Part shown: one piece after another, positions 61,165 through 64,000 of the stretch
Layout of the letters: every line of letters starts with the position of its first letter
Position numbering within the stretch: the first letter of the stretch is position 1
Assembly (NCBI GenBank): GCA_965205505.1
Contig: CBDBHB010000007.1
Span: forward strand, 512,001 to 576,000
Length of the DNA stretch: 64,000 nt
Source: Acidobacteriota bacterium
GTDB taxonomy: Bacteria; Acidobacteriota; UBA890; WLXD01
Direction of reading: 5' to 3'
Translations under genes and position numbers: made by a program
Notes under the pieces: generated by a model
Seen by the model: the letters and a program-made list of their open reading frames with translations, nothing else
Told to the model about the DNA's origin: nothing
Database searches by the model: none

Positions 61165-62904
61165 ATGCCGTTAGACAGGCTCCGCGGGAGGCTGCTCCGG
61201 ATTGCTTGGGCCGCAACCGCTGTCCTGGCCGCTGTCTCTGCCGTCGGCTGTAGCACCGGACGCTCGGCAGTGCAGGCCGACCTGCTGCTCTCCCACGGGA
61301 TAATCTACACGGTCGATGCGGAACGTTCCCGGGCCGAGGCCGTCGCCATCGCCGACGGCGCAATCGTCTACGTGGGCGACGCGGACGGCGCGGTGGCGCA
61401 TCAAGGTCGAGACACGCGGGTGATCGACCTCGGAGGGCGCCTGGTGCTCCCGGCGTTCCAGGATTGCCATATCCATCCCATCTCTGGCGGGATTGAGGCA
61501 CTCACGGTCAACCTGAACGGGTTGGGCACCGTTGAAGCGTACGCGCAGGCAATCGCGGCCTACGCGGAAGCTCATCCGGACGAGCCGTGGATTACCGGCG
61601 GCGGCTGGTCCGTATCCGTCTTCGGTCCAGGGGCGGTGGCTGGCAAGGAGATCATCGACGCCGTGGTGCCGGACCGTCCTGTGTACCTGTCATCTTCCGA
61701 CGGTCACACGGGCTGGGCCAACACCAAGGCGCTGGAGGCGGCGGGTATCACCGCCGACACTCCGGACCCGGTCAGTGGTCGCATCGATCGCGATCCAACC
61801 ACGGGCGAGGCGATCGGTAGCCTGCAAGAAGCCGCGATGGCTCTGGTCAGGGCCCACGTTCCGCCGACAGACCTCGACAGTCGCCTGGCGGGCCTGCGAT
61901 TCGCCGTCGACATGCTCAACGGATACGGCATCACATCAATCCAGGTTGCCTCAGCCCGGCGACCGAATCTGGAGGCATATCGAGAGCTCGATGAGCGCGG
62001 TGAGCTCACATTGCGCGTGGTCGCGTCCCTGCGGTGGGACCGCCAGCGGGGCGAAGAGCAGATCGAGGACATGCTGGAGTTGCGCGAGGAGTTCACGCGC
62101 GGGCGCGTCCGAGCGACGACCGTCAAGATCATGCAGGACGGCGTCATTGAGAACTTCACCGCCGCCTTGCTGGAACCGTACCTCCAGCAGGACGGCAACG
62201 GCAATCGCGGTTTTCCCATGGTGGACCCCGAGGCGCTCAAGAGCGCTGTCACCAACCTGGATCGAGAGGGGTTCCAAGTTCACTTCCATGCCATCGGTGA
62301 CGCCGCTACACGTCAATCGCTCGACGCGGTCGAGGCCGCACAGATGCAAAACGGGGATCTCGGGCATCGCCACCACATCTCGCACCTGGAACTGATTCAC
62401 CCCGACGACGTGCCTCGGTTTCAGCAGCTTCAGGTGATTGCCAACTTCCAGCCCCTATGGGCGGCTTCCAGCCCGCATATCACCGAGTTGACCATCCCGT
62501 ACCTGGGTCCCGAGCGAAGCCAGTGGCTTTATCCACTCGGCAGCGTGCTGGATACCGGAGCGATGCTGGCATTCGGAAGCGATTGGTCGGTGTCGACGGC
62601 CAACCCCTTCCCACAGATCGAAACGGCGCTAACGCGCCAGGGCGGCCAGGCCGAGGAACCGTTCCTGCCGGAGCAGCGCATCGACCTGGCTAGCGCCGTC
62701 GAGGCATTCACCATCAACGCCGCGTTCGTCAACGGCATCGAGGAGCAGACCGGATCGATTGAGGTCGGCAAGCTTGCCGACTTGATCGTCGTCGATCGCG
62801 ACGTCTTCGCGATCGATCCGCGTGACATCTCGGATACCCAGGTACTCCTCACCCTCATGGAAGGTGTGCCGGTTCACGGCGACCTCGAGGACCTGGAGCA
62901 GTGA
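61165..62904 (+). CDS. Amidohydrolase_3 family lipoprotein
   Basis: Lipobox AVGC, PAFQDCHIH, KIMQDG, HAIGD, ISHLE, FGSDW, GSIEVGKLAD. Confidence 0.9.
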   Translation: MPLDRLRGRLLRIAWAATAVLAAVSAVGCSTGRSAVQADLLLSHGIIYTVDAERSRAEAVAIADGAIVYVGDADGAVAHQGRDTRVIDLGGRLVLPAFQDCHIHPISGGIEALTVNLNGLGTVEAYAQAIAAYAEAHPDEPWITGGGWSVSVFGPGAVAGKEIIDAVVPDRPVYLSSSDGHTGWANTKALEAAGITADTPDPVSGRIDRDPTTGEAIGSLQEAAMALVRAHVPPTDLDSRLAGLRFAVDMLNGYGITSIQVASARRPNLEAYRELDERGELTLRVVASLRWDRQRGEEQIEDMLELREEFTRGRVRATTVKIMQDGVIENFTAALLEPYLQQDGNGNRGFPMVDPEALKSAVTNLDREGFQVHFHAIGDAATRQSLDAVEAAQMQNGDLGHRHHISHLELIHPDDVPRFQQLQVIANFQPLWAASSPHITELTIPYLGPERSQWLYPLGSVLDTGAMLAFGSDWSVSTANPFPQIETALTRQGGQAEEPFLPEQRIDLASAVEAFTINAAFVNGIEEQTGSIEVGKLADLIVVDRDVFAIDPRDISDTQVLLTLMEGVPVHGDLEDLEQ

Positions 62905-63054
62905 GAAGCGCTACGCGGCGGGCAGCAGCGGTCGACAGAATCGCGAATCCATGTTAGATAGCGCGCCTTTGCCGTTGGCCAGAGCTTATCGCGTGACCGA
63001 ACACCGGTTATCTGGGAAATTCCCGGGTCAAGACGCCAACCTGATAGGTGAGAA

Positions 63055-64000
63055 ATGAAGACCAGACCGGTGCGAGCGTTCATCTTCATGTGCCTGGCCT
63101 TGCTCACGGCTGTGATGGCGGTGTGGACGTCTCCGGCAGCCGCGCAGTGGGCACAAGCGCCGCCGCGCGAGGTCGTGATCACCGGCGGCTGGCTGTTCGA
63201 CGGCGTTGGCGACGCGCGCGTCCGCAACACTGGGATCGTCATCCGTGACGGCAAGTTCGTCGAGGTCGGCGCCGACCTCAGCGGCCGCTATTTTCCGGCC
63301 GCCCGGATGATCGAGCTCGATGACGGCGCCACGATCTTGCCCGGGATGATCGATTTGCACGGCCACCTCAACATGAACATGGTGGGCGTCGGGCGGGCCG
63401 AGGAGGTCACATACAACTCGATCATCTTCCTGGCCAACGGTGTCACCGCCACCTGGTCGGCGGGAGAGTTCTTTCCCGAGCGCGTCATCGAGGCGCGCGA
63501 CCGTATCGACCGCGGTGAGGCTATCGGTACCCGCCTCTTCGCTTCGGGGCCGTACTTCGGTGCCTTCCGGTGCGAATACCAGATCAAGACGGCGGAGGAC
63601 GACTGCATCGCGTGGCCAAACGACATTACCGAACAAGAGATTCGCGCCGAAGTGGACTACTGGGCGCAGCGCGGCGTACGCAGCATCAAGATCAAGCAGG
63701 CGACGCCCGAGGAGATGCGCATTCTCATCGACCAGGCGCATCGCCGGGGCATGACCACGACCAGTCACCTTGGTAACTACGCGGGGTCCTACGACGTCGA
63801 GCCCGATGAAGCCATCGCCATGGGACTGGACCGGATCGAGCACAGGATCACGAGCGGGAGGGGTGACGATCCGGCTGAGCTGGAGCGCATGATCAACCTC
63901 TTTCTCGAGGAGGGCGTGTATCTCGACTCCAACCTGCAGATGTACTCCCGCTATGACGGGGACCCCACCGGCCACCCGTCGCTCGACCTGGTGTGGGCGG
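63055..64000 (+). CDS. Exported amidohydrolase (Amidohydro_1), runs off the window edge
   Basis: Manual translation MKTRPVRAFIFMCLALL...AAAQ...LPGMIDLHGH...LANGVT...SIKI...IEH. Not in the ORF track. Confidence 0.85.
   Translation, partial: MKTRPVRAFIFMCLALLTAVMAVWTSPAAAQWAQAPPREVVITGGWLFDGVGDARVRNTGIVIRDGKFVEVGADLSGRYFPAARMIELDDGATILPGMIDLHGHLNMNMVGVGRAEEVTYNSIIFLANGVTATWSAGEFFPERVIEARDRIDRGEAIGTRLFASGPYFGAFRCEYQIKTAEDDCIAWPNDITEQEIRAEVDYWAQRGVRSIKIKQATPEEMRILIDQAHRRGMTTTSHLGNYAGSYDVEPDEAIAMGLDRIEHRITSGRGDDPAELERMINLFLEEGVYLDSNLQMYSRYDGDPTGHPSLDLVWA

Overview
GC-rich bacterial window with no housekeeping genes. It reads as a patchwork accessory region. The left end holds the tail of an integrative element (EEP nuclease, GIY-YIG-like ORF, excisionase, tyrosine integrase) abutting a tRNA-fMet 3' fragment. 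About 45 catabolic or transport genes follow, many with Tat, Sec or lipoprotein signals. They include a Ni-transporter/guanidinase-like pair, xsc-tpa taurine genes, a truncated rhamnose cluster, four amidohydrolases and two type II TA modules (yefM-yoeB, vapBC). Short gene remnants and CTAG-bounded MITE-like elements lie between the genes. The most unusual items are: (1) a covarying ~58-nt structured module shared by two MITE families with unrelated terminal repeats, one derivative being inserted in frame in rhaB; (2) a Tat-signal Rieske oxygenase near a signal-peptide-bearing, MIO-less ammonia-lyase homolog; (3) three tandem exported M24-like paralogs with remodelled metal sites. About nine frameshifts and one in-frame stop may be long-read assembly errors. 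All calls come from manual reading and remembered motifs. No searches were run.
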